From Squalus acanthias (taxonomy: Eukaryota): DNA of 64,000 nucleotides. Location: contig CM059433.1 in the NCBI GenBank assembly GCA_030390025.1, positions 14,138,001 to 14,202,000 on the forward strand, in the 5' to 3' direction. Every line of letters starts with the position of its first letter. Within the stretch, counting starts at the first letter, position 1. The notes beneath the pieces are model-generated. The model was given only the letters and a program-made list of their open reading frames with translations. It searched no databases and was not told where the DNA came from. Below, piece after piece: positions 1 through 12,287 of this stretch. A program made the translations under genes and the position numbers.

Positions 1-871
1 ATGTGGGGAAATGTGGCAGCCAATTTGTGCACAGCAAGATCCCACATGCAACAATATGATAAGGAGCTAGATAATCTGTTTTAGTGGTGTTGGTTCATGG
101 ATAAACATTGGCAAGAGCACCGGGAGAACTCTCCTGCTCTTCTTCGAATAGTGCTGTGGGACCTTTTATACCCACTTGAAAGGGCAGAAGTGGTCATAGT
201 ATAATGTCTCATCTCTAAGTATCTGAATGTTTGTAATAGGCCTAGATAGCTTGCATACTAAATAGATGATTTGAAAGCTGTATTATTTTGCACTGTGGAG
301 CAATAGTGTAAGTTTTGCGAGGCCTCAACCTGTCGACAGGACGGGGCTTTGCATATATCAAACAATTGCAGGCGCAATGTCTGTGATTTTCTGTTTCCAC
401 TGGCAGGAGGGTCGGTAACCAGAGGACACAGATTTAAGATAATTGGCAAAACATCCGGCGGAGAAGTTTTTAGGCAGCGAGTTGTTATAATCTGGAATGC
501 GCTGCCTGAAAGGGTGGTGGAATCATATTTAATAGTAACTTTCAAAAGGGAGTTGGATATATACTTGAAAAGGAAACATTTGCAGGGTTATGGGGAAAGA
601 GCGGGCCAGTGAGACTAATTGCCTAGCTCTTTCAAAGAACTTGCGCAGACCTGATGGGCCAAACTGCCTCCTTCTGTGCTGTATCATTCTATGATTTTAC
701 GATTCTAATTATATTCCCTGATCTGAAAGACGGCACCTCCAACAGTGCAGCACTCCCTCAGTACTGCAACAAAGTGCCAGCCGAGGCTACGTGCTCAAGT
801 CTCTGGAGTGGGACTTGAACCCACAAGCTTCTGATCAGAGGCAAGCGTGGTATCACTGGGCCAAGGCTGAC
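1..871 (-). mobile_element. Deu-domain tRNA-derived SINE (SacSINE1-like), split by an insertion: pieces 1-213 and ~722-871
   Basis: Both pieces align in reverse complement to the full SINE copies at 23333 and 56350 and join at ...gtctcatc|tgaaagacggcacc. The tRNA head lies at ~810-871. Confidence 0.75.
388..705 (+). mobile_element. CR1 LINE 3' fragment
   Basis: Encodes LFPLAGGSVTRGHRFKI..WNALPERVVE..FKRELDIYL (CR1 ORF2 C-terminus), followed by the 3' UTR hairpin and a (ATTCTATG)-like tail. Confidence 0.85.
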
Positions 872-1151
872 AACCCCAAGAGTCCATCAGGATGTGTTTT
901 CCCAGGCTTTTGCCCAGCTGCACACTTTATCCTGCACTCCTTTGCTCAGCAGGTGCTCGCCTTATGATATTTTCTGGAAAGTTTCAATATTGTGGTGAAT
1001 TTTGCAAGGTCCCATACTGCTAGTTGGGGCTCACACGCAGCCAATGCATATCAGAAAATCACAAGCAATGTGCCTGAGATTCTCTGCTCTGTGTGAGGCC
1101 TCCAAAAACCACCCTATTGCTATAAAGTGCTGAGTCTCTTCCCAAAATAAT

Positions 1152-1635
1152 CAAAAAGACTTGCATTTATAAAGCGCTTTTCACGACCACCGGACGTCTC
1201 AAAGCGCTTTACAGCCAATGAAGTACTTTTTGAAGTGTAGTCACTGTTGTAATGTGGGAAACGCGGCAGCCAATTTGCGCACAGCAAGCTCCCACAAACA
1301 ACAATGTGATAATGACCAGATAATCTGTTTTCAGGGATGTTGATTGAGGGATAAATGTTGGCCAGAACACTGGGGATAACTCCCCTGCTCTTCTTCGAAA
1401 TAGTGCCATGGGATTTTTTACGTCCACTTGAGAAGGCAGACGGGGCCTCGGTTTAATGTCTCATCCGAAAGACAGCACCTCCAACAGTGCAGCACCCCCA
1501 ACAGTGCGGCACTCCCTCAGCACTGCACTGGAGTGTCAGCCTAGATTTTTGTGTTCAAGTCTGTGGAGTGGGACTTGAACCCACAGCCTTCTGACTCAGT
1601 AAACGAGGGTGCTACCCACTGAGCCACAGCTGATG
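1152..1635 (-). mobile_element. Full-length Deu-type tRNA SINE
   Basis: Pol III A/B-box head (rc TGGCTCAGTGG / GTTCAAGTCC), Deu-like core and L2-like tail. A 10-bp TSD ccaaaataat lies at 1142-1151 and 1636-1645. Confidence 0.88.
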
Positions 1636-1759
1636 CCAAAATAATACAGCTTTCAAAACATTTATTTTGCATGCAAGTTATCTAGCCCCATTACAGATAT
1701 TCAGATGAGCAGAAAAAGGCTTTTGGGCATGACTCATTATGCTATAAAGATTTGTAAAG

Positions 1760-1860
1760 AAACGTTTGCATTCATAAAGCACCTTTCATGACCTCAAGAT
1801 GTCCCAAAGTGCTTTACAACCATTGAAGTACTTGTGAAGTATAGTCACTGTTGTAATGTA
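1760..1860 (-). mobile_element. SINE 3' tail fragment
   Basis: Degenerate copy of 1157-1255. Confidence 0.7.
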
Positions 1861-1964
1861 CGAAAACTGCTCTTTCATTGGCACTGTTAAATTTATTTCA
1901 CTAATAAAACTAAAACATTTTCTTTCAAGCCTTCTTCCCTCCTTCCTCATAAGCACTAACTCAC

Positions 1965-2340
1965 ATCACAGTACAGCTCCACAGGGGTCAGTCACTCTTA
2001 GATACCGTCTTCAAGCAGCCACTCTTCATCTATTATTCTTGACAGTGAGTGTTAATCATGGGGAACAACACAACGAGGCTTCATCCTGTCCTTAACTAAT
2101 GTCCTATCCTCAGTTCCTCACATGTATATCTTTCAGCAAGGGTCACTGAATAGCAATCAGATAGAGGAATATTGGTTGATTCCTTCCCCACATTAGCCCT
2201 GGTGCACTGTAACCCTCCTACTATCCCAGCTGAAGTATGGTAACTCACCAAGACCAGTCATCAAACTTGAGACCTACCTAGTTGAAAGGGCTTCATACCA
2301 CACTGAGTCATGCATTTATTCACTAAGCTACCAGGAGAGC
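1965..2340 (-). mobile_element. Old LF-SINE-like element
   Basis: Resembles my recollection of the LF-SINE consensus (rc ...ctgattgctattcagtgacccttgctgaaag...). Similar to 21065-21430 and 44190-44520. Confidence 0.5.
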
Positions 2341-2762
2341 CCTACACATGAGTACTTAACGAGAATAGAATTCATTTTACTGATGACCCTTCTGATTTTT
2401 ATGAAACGAATCGGATCCGAAACCCTGGCTATAAAGAATGCTGAAGTTCATGTTACTTGGCAAGAATCCACAATCTGACTGAACATCACAGCCTGGAATC
2501 ACAAGAGGATTTAAGACTTGGAATAACAAATGCTGCAAGCTGAAGCAGAACAATCCAAAATATCATACAGCAATGTGTAATGATCATCGTTATCTCCCTT
2601 AGGTTAAAACTAGGCACATTTCTGACAAGACTGACTTGTGCTGAAAGACAACACCTTTGAGTTTCATATTGATTGGGCTATTTCATATAGGCACATAGAA
2701 AGTAAGCTTGTATTGAATAAATATAGTGACCCAAGTTTCCTCGGGGCCAAAGATGGAATCCA

Positions 2763-4093
2763 GGGGGTGATTTTTGGCAGAGCGTTCAGGTGCTAAAGAG
2801 CCTCCGAGGTAGCCAAGATGGGGTCTTGAGCTGAAATGCTGATTTAGCGCAAGACGTCATCTTGGTAAAAGAGTTGAAGCCTGCGCTAGGAACAGCGGCC
2901 CGGAGGCTCGTTAAGGGGCTGATTGCCACTTAAAATGCTCGCTAGTGCTCATTAAGAAGGCTGCACGGCAGTTTGGTGGCTAGCGTTTGTCCGAACTCCC
3001 TCTCCTAACAGCGACCAGCTGTTTGGGAGTAAGCACAGCATTGATGTGGGTTTCAAGCGCTGCTTCAAGGGATACTCACCATTTCATTCTCACTTGCTGC
3101 TGGAGCTGTGAAGAGGATCTCTGAAAGACATCGGGAGACTTTCTGGGACACTTTGTCAAGACTTCACTTCTAAGGATAAGGGGTAAGCCATTTAGGACAG
3201 AAATGAGGAAGAATTTCTTCACCCAGAGAGTGGTGAACCTGTGGAATTCTCTGCCACAGAAGGTAGTTGAGGCCAAGTCATTAAATATATTCAAGAATGA
3301 GTTAAATATATTTCTTAAAGCTAAAGGTATCAAGGGATATGGGGAGAAGGCAGGTACAGGGTACTGAGTTTGGATGATCAGCCATGATCTCATCGAATGG
3401 CGGAGCAGGCTCGAGGGGCCGAATGGCCTACTCCTGCTCCTATCTTCTATGTTTCTATGTAACACTTGAGCAACATTTACTCTGCAAATTCTCTGAGGAC
3501 TTCACATAAATTGAGTGCTGTGCTATTCCACTTTATTGGACACCTTAAAGGAGTCACCAAGAGGAAGGGAGTGCTTGGTCATGGGCATCTTGCTATGGGT
3601 CCCCCTTGGTCAGGACGAGGAATGGGAGGAGGACATGAGACCAGGCAGAACAGCACCAGCTGCTGCAGGAGAGAGGGACAGGAGGGCGAGGAGGGCGAGG
3701 TGGACTACCTTCCCCCTGCGGGTGCGGAATATACCTCCACCTCTGGACCTCCTCCACCAGGACCTCCAGTGCCATGTCCGAGAACCTGTGCGCCCTCTCC
3801 CTCGTTCCCTGAGCCATCCTGCAAGTGCCACTGTGTGCCCGCCAGCGCACTCCACACCTTCAGTGGAAGCGGGTGCGTGGAGCCCACATATACCGCTCCA
3901 TGAAAATTGCGTCTAATCACCGCTTGAGTGCTAAACCTGCAGGTGTCTGGTTTAGCGTCTCCAGGCAAGTTCAAATTATGGTAATCAGCAATTAAGACCA
4001 AAATTGTGTGCTAAATCCAGATTTTCAAACCGGCGTGTCTTATTAGCACAGCACCCATTTAGCGCCTGTTTTCACCCTTTGGCCAAAATAACC
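2763..4093 (-). mobile_element. Non-autonomous PIF/Harbinger element with a Myb/SANT remnant
   Basis: Imperfect terminal inverted repeats (TIRs) ggggtgatttttggc / gccaaaataacc. The minus ORF contains MAQGTRERAHRFSDMALEVLVEEVQR, a Harbinger Myb/SANT-like N-terminus. A CR1 is nested inside. Confidence 0.65.
3169..3462 (+). mobile_element. CR1 3' fragment nested in a Harbinger element
   Basis: Encodes ..IRGKPFRTEMRKNFFTQRVVNLWNSLP.., then the 3' UTR ending tctatgtttctatgt. Confidence 0.9.
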
Positions 4094-4099
4094 TGCTCA

Positions 4100-4177
4100 A
4101 TGTGCTCCAGAGTGGGACTTGAATCCACGACCTTCTACTCCGAAGCGAGAGTGCTACCACCGAGCCCCGGCTGACAC
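4100..4177 (-). mobile_element. SINE tRNA head fragment
   Basis: rc gtcagccggggctcggtggtagcactctcgc...ggattcaagtcccactc. Confidence 0.7.
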
Positions 4178-5859
4178 AAAGATGCTGTGCCCACGTCAAT
4201 GGAGGGGTCCGCTGGGGTGTCCAGCCCTGGGTCCTACCTTGGAACACCCCCAGAAGACTTAAGACAGCAAAAAAACAAAGCAGCCCTTTTGTAAAAGGGT
4301 GCGATTTCGACAGTTTTGTGTACTTCTCAGCCAGTTGTGCTGGCTGCTCCCTCCATCATCCAACCCCCGCCACGCCCCCCCCCACCCCCACTCCCCATTT
4401 CTAGCGGATGCTCACATTGGCATGAGCGCCTGTCCAGTGCATTTAAATGAGATGACCCCCCCCATCCTGGCTCCAGGTACTCTGGTGGCATCAGCACACG
4501 GTGGAATAGGATCAAGGATTTTGGCCCCAATGTGTTGACCCCTGCTAAGTTTTTTGGTTACATTTATGGTCGTGCAGATTGTTTAAAATCCTGGCTTTAT
4601 CAGTTTCCAAAAATCCAGTTACCTGCCCATCAATGAAAACTTACATTTCTGAGTTGACTATTTTATGAACATCTCTGTGCATGCTGCCAGTGACTGCACT
4701 GCTGTTGGTCTAACCATCAGTACAATTTCACTCATTCAGCACTCGGCGCTTCACCATTTTCAGTGAGTCCTCCATCCATTCTGTATGCTTTTATTCCTTT
4801 ACATGCCTGCTTCTCTTTGCACATTTCTGACACATCCCCTCACTCGCCTGAATATTTTGCTTATTATGCATGCATAAGTAATATTAACTGCATTACTCAG
4901 ATGAGTCCAGTGGTTTACACATGAATGGTTTTAAAAAGTTAACTTGGCAGATTCGTACTGCAACTACTCTCCACAGCGCCGTCAGATATGATGAAACAAT
5001 ATCACTTGGTTTGATGACAGGCCTCACAGCTAACTATGTGCAGCGTTCCAGCTTGGGTTGACTGAAGCTTAAAAGAAGAGGCAACCAAGACCAAACGAGA
5101 TGACAGGAAAAGGAGGATGAGAACTCTTTTCTTTCCTTGTCTCCCTCCCTCATTAAGGTAAACAAAGACAAGGGGTCGCAAGCCACAGAACATGCGGCGT
5201 GTCACACGAGAGAAAAGATGATTCCCAATTGGAAGTGATCATGAAGCGAGCTAAGCTGAAAGCCAAGGTGCAAAATTAATTTTCTATTGGCGTCCTAGCC
5301 TGCGGCAACCATGAAAAGCTTCATGCATTCAAGGACTTTCTGTGCTGGCAGCAAGAAGCTATCGCTGGGTAGAGGAGCAGGAATGTGTTGCCTCAAAAAT
5401 AAACAGAAAAAGGCAATGGCAATGGCTCGAGTGGAGCCAAGTGGCCTGTTTCTGTGCTGTACATTCAATGCAATTCTATGAAACAAGCTTGCCACGACTT
5501 TTTTTTTAATCTCCATACTGATAACAAAGAAAGAGATTCGGACGCTTTACAGCTTTACCACATTTCTCAGAAGCATCTCAAAGCAAATGACGTTGAACTC
5601 CAGTGACTAGTTATGTAGGCAAACTTGTCAGCCATTTCACACACAGCAAGATCCCATAAACAATAATGAATTATTTTGGTGCTAATGATTAAAGAATTTC
5701 TTTTCAACTACATTGTTTTTGAAAATCTATGTTGCATTTGTGTCGGAAATGAGGGGGGAATCTGCATTAGTTTCTTAGCTAATTTATTAAAGTGACACTT
5801 ATCACTCAACTCACAAGCTTAAGGGACAGAGGTTCAGAAAAAGAATAATTATTGCATCA

Positions 5860-7770
5860 CACTCTTGTATATTTGCTGAGAAGCCATCTGAAACTGGAAC
5901 AACCGGAGAGGAACTTGGAAAGGGAGGGGGAAGATCCAGTTGTACTGCTTGAAAGGGGTCCACCTGAACCAGAATGGGACCAGAGTCCTAGCAGAAATGA
6001 TAAATAGGAATGTGGATTAACTAGTAAGAAGAGGGGGGGGGAGGGATCTGGTGAAAATAACATAATCCTGAAGATAAAAGAAATAGAAGATGAGAGTAAA
6101 GGTCAGACTAAGGTAAGGAATAAAGATAATATTAGTGGTCAGGGGAACAGATACAGTTATAGAAAATAAGCGTAAAATGATTGTTAGAATATAGTGAGTA
6201 GAACAATTAATAAAAGCAAATTAAATTGCCTGTACAGCAATATGCACATTATCCAAAACAAAACAGGGGAACTGGAGACAATAGTGAGAAGCCAAATTTC
6301 ATAAGGTTAACTGAAACAAGGCTTAATAAAGAACAGGACTGGCAGTTAAATTTGGCAGGATATAGTGTATTTAGAAAGGTTATGGGTGGAAGAAGGGGAG
6401 GGTGGAGTAGCTGTACTAACTAGAGATAACATAATGGCAGTAGAAAAAAGGGACATAACTAACATTAAGTTAGAAACAGAATCCATATGGGTTGAGATAA
6501 GAAGGATAAGAAGGGATCAAGCATTTAATATATGCATTCTACATACCACCTAATAGTGGAAGGGAAGTGGAAGAAGAAATATGCAAGCAAATCTATGAAA
6601 TAAGTAAAATACATAGAATAATAATCATGGGAGATTTCAACTACCCACAAATAAACTGGCAAGAAGAGGTAGGGAAAGGGGAATAGGGAAGAGAGATTTA
6701 CAATGTGTTCAGGACTCCTTTCTTATCCAGTACGTAAGAAGCCCAACAAGAGAGCAATCACTGCTGGATCTAGCAATGGGAAATTACCCAGAGCAGAGAA
6801 GAGAAGTAAGCATAGGGGAACATCTAGGCAATAGCGATCACAATATAATAAGGTTTAAAATAATGATTGAGAAAGACATAAGTAAGACAAAGACCAAAGT
6901 AATAGGTTGGTAAAAAGTTAATTTTGAGGGGATGAGAATGGAACTAGGGAAAGTAAATGGGGAAAACATATTGACAGACAAAGAAATAGAACTGCAGTGG
7001 GAAATATTTAAATAGGTGATCAATAGAGTTCATGAGAAATGTATTTCATTAAAGACACAAGAACCAACTACCCAATAATGAAGCACCACGGATGAAGAAA
7101 GAGATAAGGTCAAAATTGAAACTAAAGAAAAAGGCATACACTAAGTACATAGACAACAAAGGATAGGATGATCAAAGGGAATATGAATAGGTTAGGAAAG
7201 AAGTCAAAAAACCAATTAGAAAAGCAAAGAGGAACTACAAAATTAAATTATCAAGGAATAGAAAAAGAAATAGTAAAGTAGTCTAGACACACATAAATAA
7301 TGAAAGAAAATTCAGGATAGGGATAGGGTCACTAAGGGATGCACACAATAAACTCACAGGTAATAACAGCGAAATAGTGGAAATATTAACTAATTACTTT
7401 GCCTCGGTATTGATCAGGGAGACTAAAATGGTTGACATGACATTAGACGTAGAGATCAGAAAGATATAAAGACATTTAAGATAGAAAGGGGGAGATAATT
7501 GATAAACTAATCAAACAGAGAGAGGATAATACCTCTGGTCCGGATGTATAGCATGCACACATATTAAAATAAGTTATGGGAGAGATAGCAGAGGCACTAT
7601 TAAATATATATAAAATTTCATTAGAAAAGGGAATAGTACCAGAGGAGAGATGGACAGCTAACATTATTAATATATCTAAAAAGAGAGATAGGACAAATCC
7701 AATTAGCTTAACATCAGTGGTAGGAAACATAATGGAATCTTTACTCACAGATGTAGTAGAAAAACATATA
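5860..7770 (+). mobile_element. Degraded CR1 LINE (end of ORF1, APE endonuclease, tether, start of RT)
   Basis: Frameshifted motifs LTETRL..DWQLNLAGYSVFRK, GGVAVL, MGDFNYP, LLDL..G..HLGNSDH and PISLTSVVG. Confidence 0.85.
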
Positions 7771-8078
7771 AGCCCCGATCATGTCTGGGGCGGGTTTTGT
7801 TAGTGGGGTGGGTAGAGTTTTACTCATGAAACCCGAAAGTCCAGGTCTCCCTGCACGCTGCGCAGTTTTGACTCCGCACCGTGCATTTTCTTTTTCCGGC
7901 AGGTTCCCTGCCCGGAAGCCAATCTGATTGACAGGCCTATCTCCCTGTTGGGTGGAGAATGCTCTGGAGGAGGCTGCAGCCCCGGGAGCAGGTAGGGAGC
8001 CTACAGCTGTGTTAGTGGAAGCATGGGCAGGGTGGGGGTCCGGATTTTAGGGGGGTGGGTGGTGTTGGTCGCCGATCA
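7771..8078. mobile_element. GC-rich MITE-like fragment
   Basis: Abrupt GC/CpG-rich block between two CR1 pieces. It starts agcccc like other Harbinger-type ends, but no partner TIR was found. Confidence 0.4.
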
Positions 8079-8079
8079 A

Positions 8080-9238
8080 TGTATCACCTCACACTTCTCT
8101 GCGTTAAATTTCATCCGCCATGTGTCTGTCCATTTCACCATTCTGTCTACATATATACATATGAATTAGGAGCAGGAGTCGGCCACTCGGCCCCTCGAGC
8201 CTGCTCCGCCATTCAATAAGATCATGGCTGATCCGATTACTCCACATTCCCACCTACCCCCAATAACTTTTCACCCCCTTGCTTATCAAGAATCTATCTA
8301 CCTCTGCCTTAAAAATATTCAAAGACTCTGCTTCCACCGCCCTCTGAGGAAGAGAGTTCCAAAGACTCACGACCCTCTGTGAGAAAAAATTTCTCCTCAT
8401 CTCTGTCTTAAATGGGCGACCCCTTATTTTTAGACAGTGACCCCTAGTTCTAGATTCTCCCACAAGAGGAAACATCCTCTCCACATCCACCCTGTCCAGA
8501 CCCCTCAGGATCTTATACGTTTCAATCAAGTCACCTCTTAATCTTCCAAACTCCAGCGGATACAAGCCTAGCCTGTCCAACCTTTCCTCATAAGACAACC
8601 CGCCCATTCCAGGTATTAGTCTAGTAAACCTTCTCTGAACTGCTTCCAATGCATTTACATCCTTCCTTAAATAAGGAGACCAATACTGTACACAGTACTC
8701 CAGATGTGGTCTCACCAATGCCCTGTATAACTGAAGCATAACCTCCCTACTTTTGTATTCAATGACCTCCTGAAGTCTGTAACTATCCTCCTCACTGTTT
8801 ACTCCATTTCCAAGTTTCATATCATCTGTGAACTTTGAAATTATGCCCTGTATACCCAAGTCCAGGTCATTAATATATATCAAAAAGAGCAGTTCTCCTA
8901 ATACCGACCCCCAGGAAACACCACTGTATATTTCCCTCCAGTCTGAAAATCAACCGTTTACCACGACTCTGCTATCTGTCCCTTAGCCAGTTTCGTACCC
9001 ACACTGCTACTGTCTTTTAATCCCATGGGCTTCAATTTTGGTAACAATTTTATTAGGTGGCACTTTGTCAAACCCCTTTTGAAAATACATATACACAACA
9101 TCAGCCGCACTACCCTCATCAAACCTCATTGAAGAACTCAATCAAGTTAATCAGACACGATTTGCCTTTAATATATCCATGTTAGCTGTCATATATTAAA
9201 CCAAGTTCTTCCTAGTGACAATTAATTTTGTCCCAGAT
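8080..9238 (-). mobile_element. CR1 RT fragment hosting a second CR1
   Basis: Contains KSCLINLIEFF, DVVYM.F.K.FDKVP, YINDLD..ISKF.DD, and after the insertion DRMVKWTDTWRMKFNAEKCEVIH. Confidence 0.85.
8150..8761 (-). mobile_element. 5'-truncated CR1 (ORF2 C-terminus + 3' UTR) nested in the same orientation
   Basis: EYKSREVMLQLYRALVRPHLEYCVQYWSP...GDLIETYKIL... is intact. The 3' UTR and tail lie at 8150-8250. Confidence 0.9.
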
Positions 9239-10297
9239 TATGGGTGGTGATTTTATCAATGGGGACGTGATGGAGGCGGGACTGCTGCTTGTCGGGTTTT
9301 AGTCCCGCCTTCATCGACGTCCGGCCAACCCACGCTATTTTCCCTTGATTGATCTTGTTAAGCTCGCCCAGCGGGCTTAGCGGGCCAATTAAGGGAAAGC
9401 CGGTGACAGAGAACGTCAGCGTATGACGTTTCATCCATCAAAAATATTTGACAGATGAATTGTCATCGTTTGACAGCTTAGAGAAGCTGTCAAAAAATGA
9501 CAATCTCTGTTCTTTGGTGAGTCCTTGTACTCAAGACTCACCAAACCTCTTTCCTGAGCAGAAATCAGATGGCTGCTGCATCTGAGAATGCAGCAGTCAT
9601 TCTGTCATCTCTGCCGTGGAGATGAGGCAGCTCCGCAGCCTAAAGGGATGAAGCCTGGAGGAAGAAGCAAAGGTAAGTAATCTTATTAAAACACTCGACA
9701 CTCACCTCACACAATTACCTCTCCACACTTGCACTCATCACTCACTTGCACACCGGACATTTCAGCCCCTCTGACCCCCGCAGGCCTATGGCTCGCCTCG
9801 CTGGCGAGGTTCGGAGCCGTCGGGAAGCCCACACTTTAGGGTTCAAAATAGGGATTAGCCAAAAAACTGCCTGTTAACTATCTGTTAACAGGCAGTTAAT
9901 TGGCACTAATCCCCTTCCTGCCTCGAGGAGACGGGACGGGTCACCCACCTGAAGATGCACAGGCCAGAAGGCACCAGCGCACGACAACATTGCTGCCCGG
10001 GATGCAAGGAACGCATTCATCCTGGCCAGATTTGCTTAGCCTGCGCAATCAAACACTTTAGTCTCGCTCCTTCTTACCAGGGCATCGACAATGGACAAGA
10101 ACCTGCGGAATCCTATCACTCTGACCACCATTCTGACAATCGCAAGGCGCCCTAAGCCCTCAATGTGAAAGTCCCATTTGCGAAATGACACAGGCCACAA
10201 CTTCAACAGTTTGCCATCAAAACACTTTATAATACATTCACAATGATGGCTGGTCCAAAAACAAAACAACACAGCACCCAAGTGACTACCCTTGTGA

Positions 10298-12287
10298 CTA
10301 CTTGTGCTTTATCTTCCTCTTATGCGTGCTCCTACGTGGTGCTTCCCCTGTGGCTTCAGCAGATGTGGAGGCCCCTTGCTCACTCTCTTGCTGCTCCTGT
10401 CTCGACACCTTTGGCGGGCGTCCTCTGGGGTGGCGAACCCGTGCGGGCTCGCCAACAGTCTGCTGCTCCTGTGGCTGTGCAGGGGCTGAGACGCCCATCT
10501 CAGTTGGGTGAGGACTCTGGTGGGGCTCTGACCGAGGGCTTTGCTGTGGCATGGTCGTGTGAGCGCTTGGAGAGGAGCCCCCACTTCCTTGTTGTCTGCC
10601 ACCAACATCCCACTCATGGGTCAGCCCCACTTCAGAGCTAACAAGTGGCTTGACAGCACCTTGCTGCAATGCAGGGGGGCCATGAGGACCCGTTTCTGCA
10701 CTGGAAGTCCTACTCCAGAGGACTTGCATGAAGGTCTGGTTTGTTTGCTCAACAGCTGACCATCGCTCCTCAAGAGATGTCATTCTATTCTGAACAATGA
10801 CCATGTTTTCAATACCCTGGCGACTAAGCTCCTCCATGGACGTAGCCATCCTCTCCTCTACCATAGCCATCCTCTCCTCTACAGTAGCCAGCCTTACCAT
10901 GGAGGTAGCCATCCTTTCCACGGAGGTTGCCATCCTTTCCGCGGTGATGCGTTCATGCGCCAATGCCTCCACAAAGGCTCTGCTCATGTTCGCGATGGAC
11001 TCCTCCATTCGCTCCACACTCGCAGCGACCCTGGAGACAAAAACCTGCCAGAGACTCCTGCACCTGTTCCTGGAGTTCCAGCACCGCTCTCCTTCTGGAT
11101 GGACCCGGAGGCACAGGGTCGACATGCAGTGGAGCCGAGCTGGCAGAGTCCTGCACCCTCCGACGAGGACTCTCCACTGCTGTCCCTGTCTCCACCATCT
11201 GCTGATGCTCACTTGTGAGCTGTGATACACCAGGTGACAACACTACTCTATCTCGCGAAGGTCCCACCGAGGTGTGAGTGTCTGCGCTGGTGCTGGGTGC
11301 GCTGAATTCTGCTGACGCTGTGCCCTCAGAGGTTGCAGCTTCCTCTGAGGAGTCTGGAGGCTCAGGCTGTTCCTCCTGGATAGTGGGGATGGGGGCTTTC
11401 GATGGTCCTGTGGGGGAGTAAAGAGGAAAGAGTTAGAGGTGTGAGGCCAAGGTTACATGCACATTGTATATTGCAGATGATCATAAGTCAATCTGTTAGA
11501 GCATCAGAATCATTATCAGTGACTCATGCTATGTCAATGAGAGAGATTCCAAACTATTCTGTCACCAGCTTGCTGTGATGCGCCCGTCTGTCCGTCCCCC
11601 ACTTGGGTATCATCCTCAATCCCAGCAATTTCCAGGGCTGTCTCCTCCCAGGGGGTGAGCTGGGCTACTGAGGGTGGCCCTCCTCCTGTCATGGCTCTTT
11701 CCCTCTTATTGTGGGCTCTCTTTTCCTGCAATGAGGGACACAAGTGCAGATTGAGTGAGAATGAAGGAGTGAGTGTAGTGAACGCATAGCATAGATGCTT
11801 AGAAGGATACAAAGGACCCTCCCTGTGTGTTGTAAGTTGTTGTTGTCATGGTATCACAGTGAAAGGGAGTGTGAGGGCTGCATGGTCGAATAATTAAGTA
11901 AATGTGACCATAGAGAGAGAGGGAATGGGTAAAGGTGCAGGGATGTAAGTGTCAAGTGGCATGTGGAGGAAGAGGTTGGCAAAGCAGAGTGCTGGTGAGG
12001 AGAGGCGATGGGGATCAGATTGAGGGTGATGGGAAAGTCATACTCACTTTTCCTGTGCGGAGAAGGTCATGAAACCTCTTCCTGCATTGCAGCCAGGTTG
12101 TGCAGCTCATTGAAATGGAGTTGACCTCCTGGGCCACTTGTAGCCACACAGCTTTTGTCTGCGGGGGTGGCTTTTTTCTCCCTGAGGAAGGGAACAGCAC
12201 CTCCTTGTTACAGCTGGCTCCGTACACCAGAGCTTGGAGGGAGGGCTCATCAAACCGAGGAGCACACTTTTGCTTGATCGTTGACAT
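10298..12287 (-). pseudogene. Harbinger Myb/SANT-like DNA-binding protein gene with 3 exons (12287-12048, 11725-11566, 11407-10298) and one frameshift
   Basis: Exon 1 MSTIKQKCAPRFDEPSLQALV..WLQVAQEVN..TWLQCRKRFHDL. Exon 2 EKRAHNKRERAMTGGGPP. Introns are GT-AG with matching phases 0 and 1. There is a +1 base in the A5 run at 11039-11043, heptad repeats and a basic C-terminus. Confidence 0.8.
10834..10940 (-). repeat. 21-bp coding tandem repeat (ERMATSV/M heptads, about 5 units)
   Basis: The gtagccatcct motif recurs every 21 nt and translates as ERMATSV-ERMATSM-VRLATVE-ERMAMVE-ERMATSM. Confidence 0.8.

Noticed and set aside
10797..11225. Plus-strand 142-aa ORF with VAILS repeats
   Set aside because: It is the antisense shadow of the Myb gene heptad repeat.
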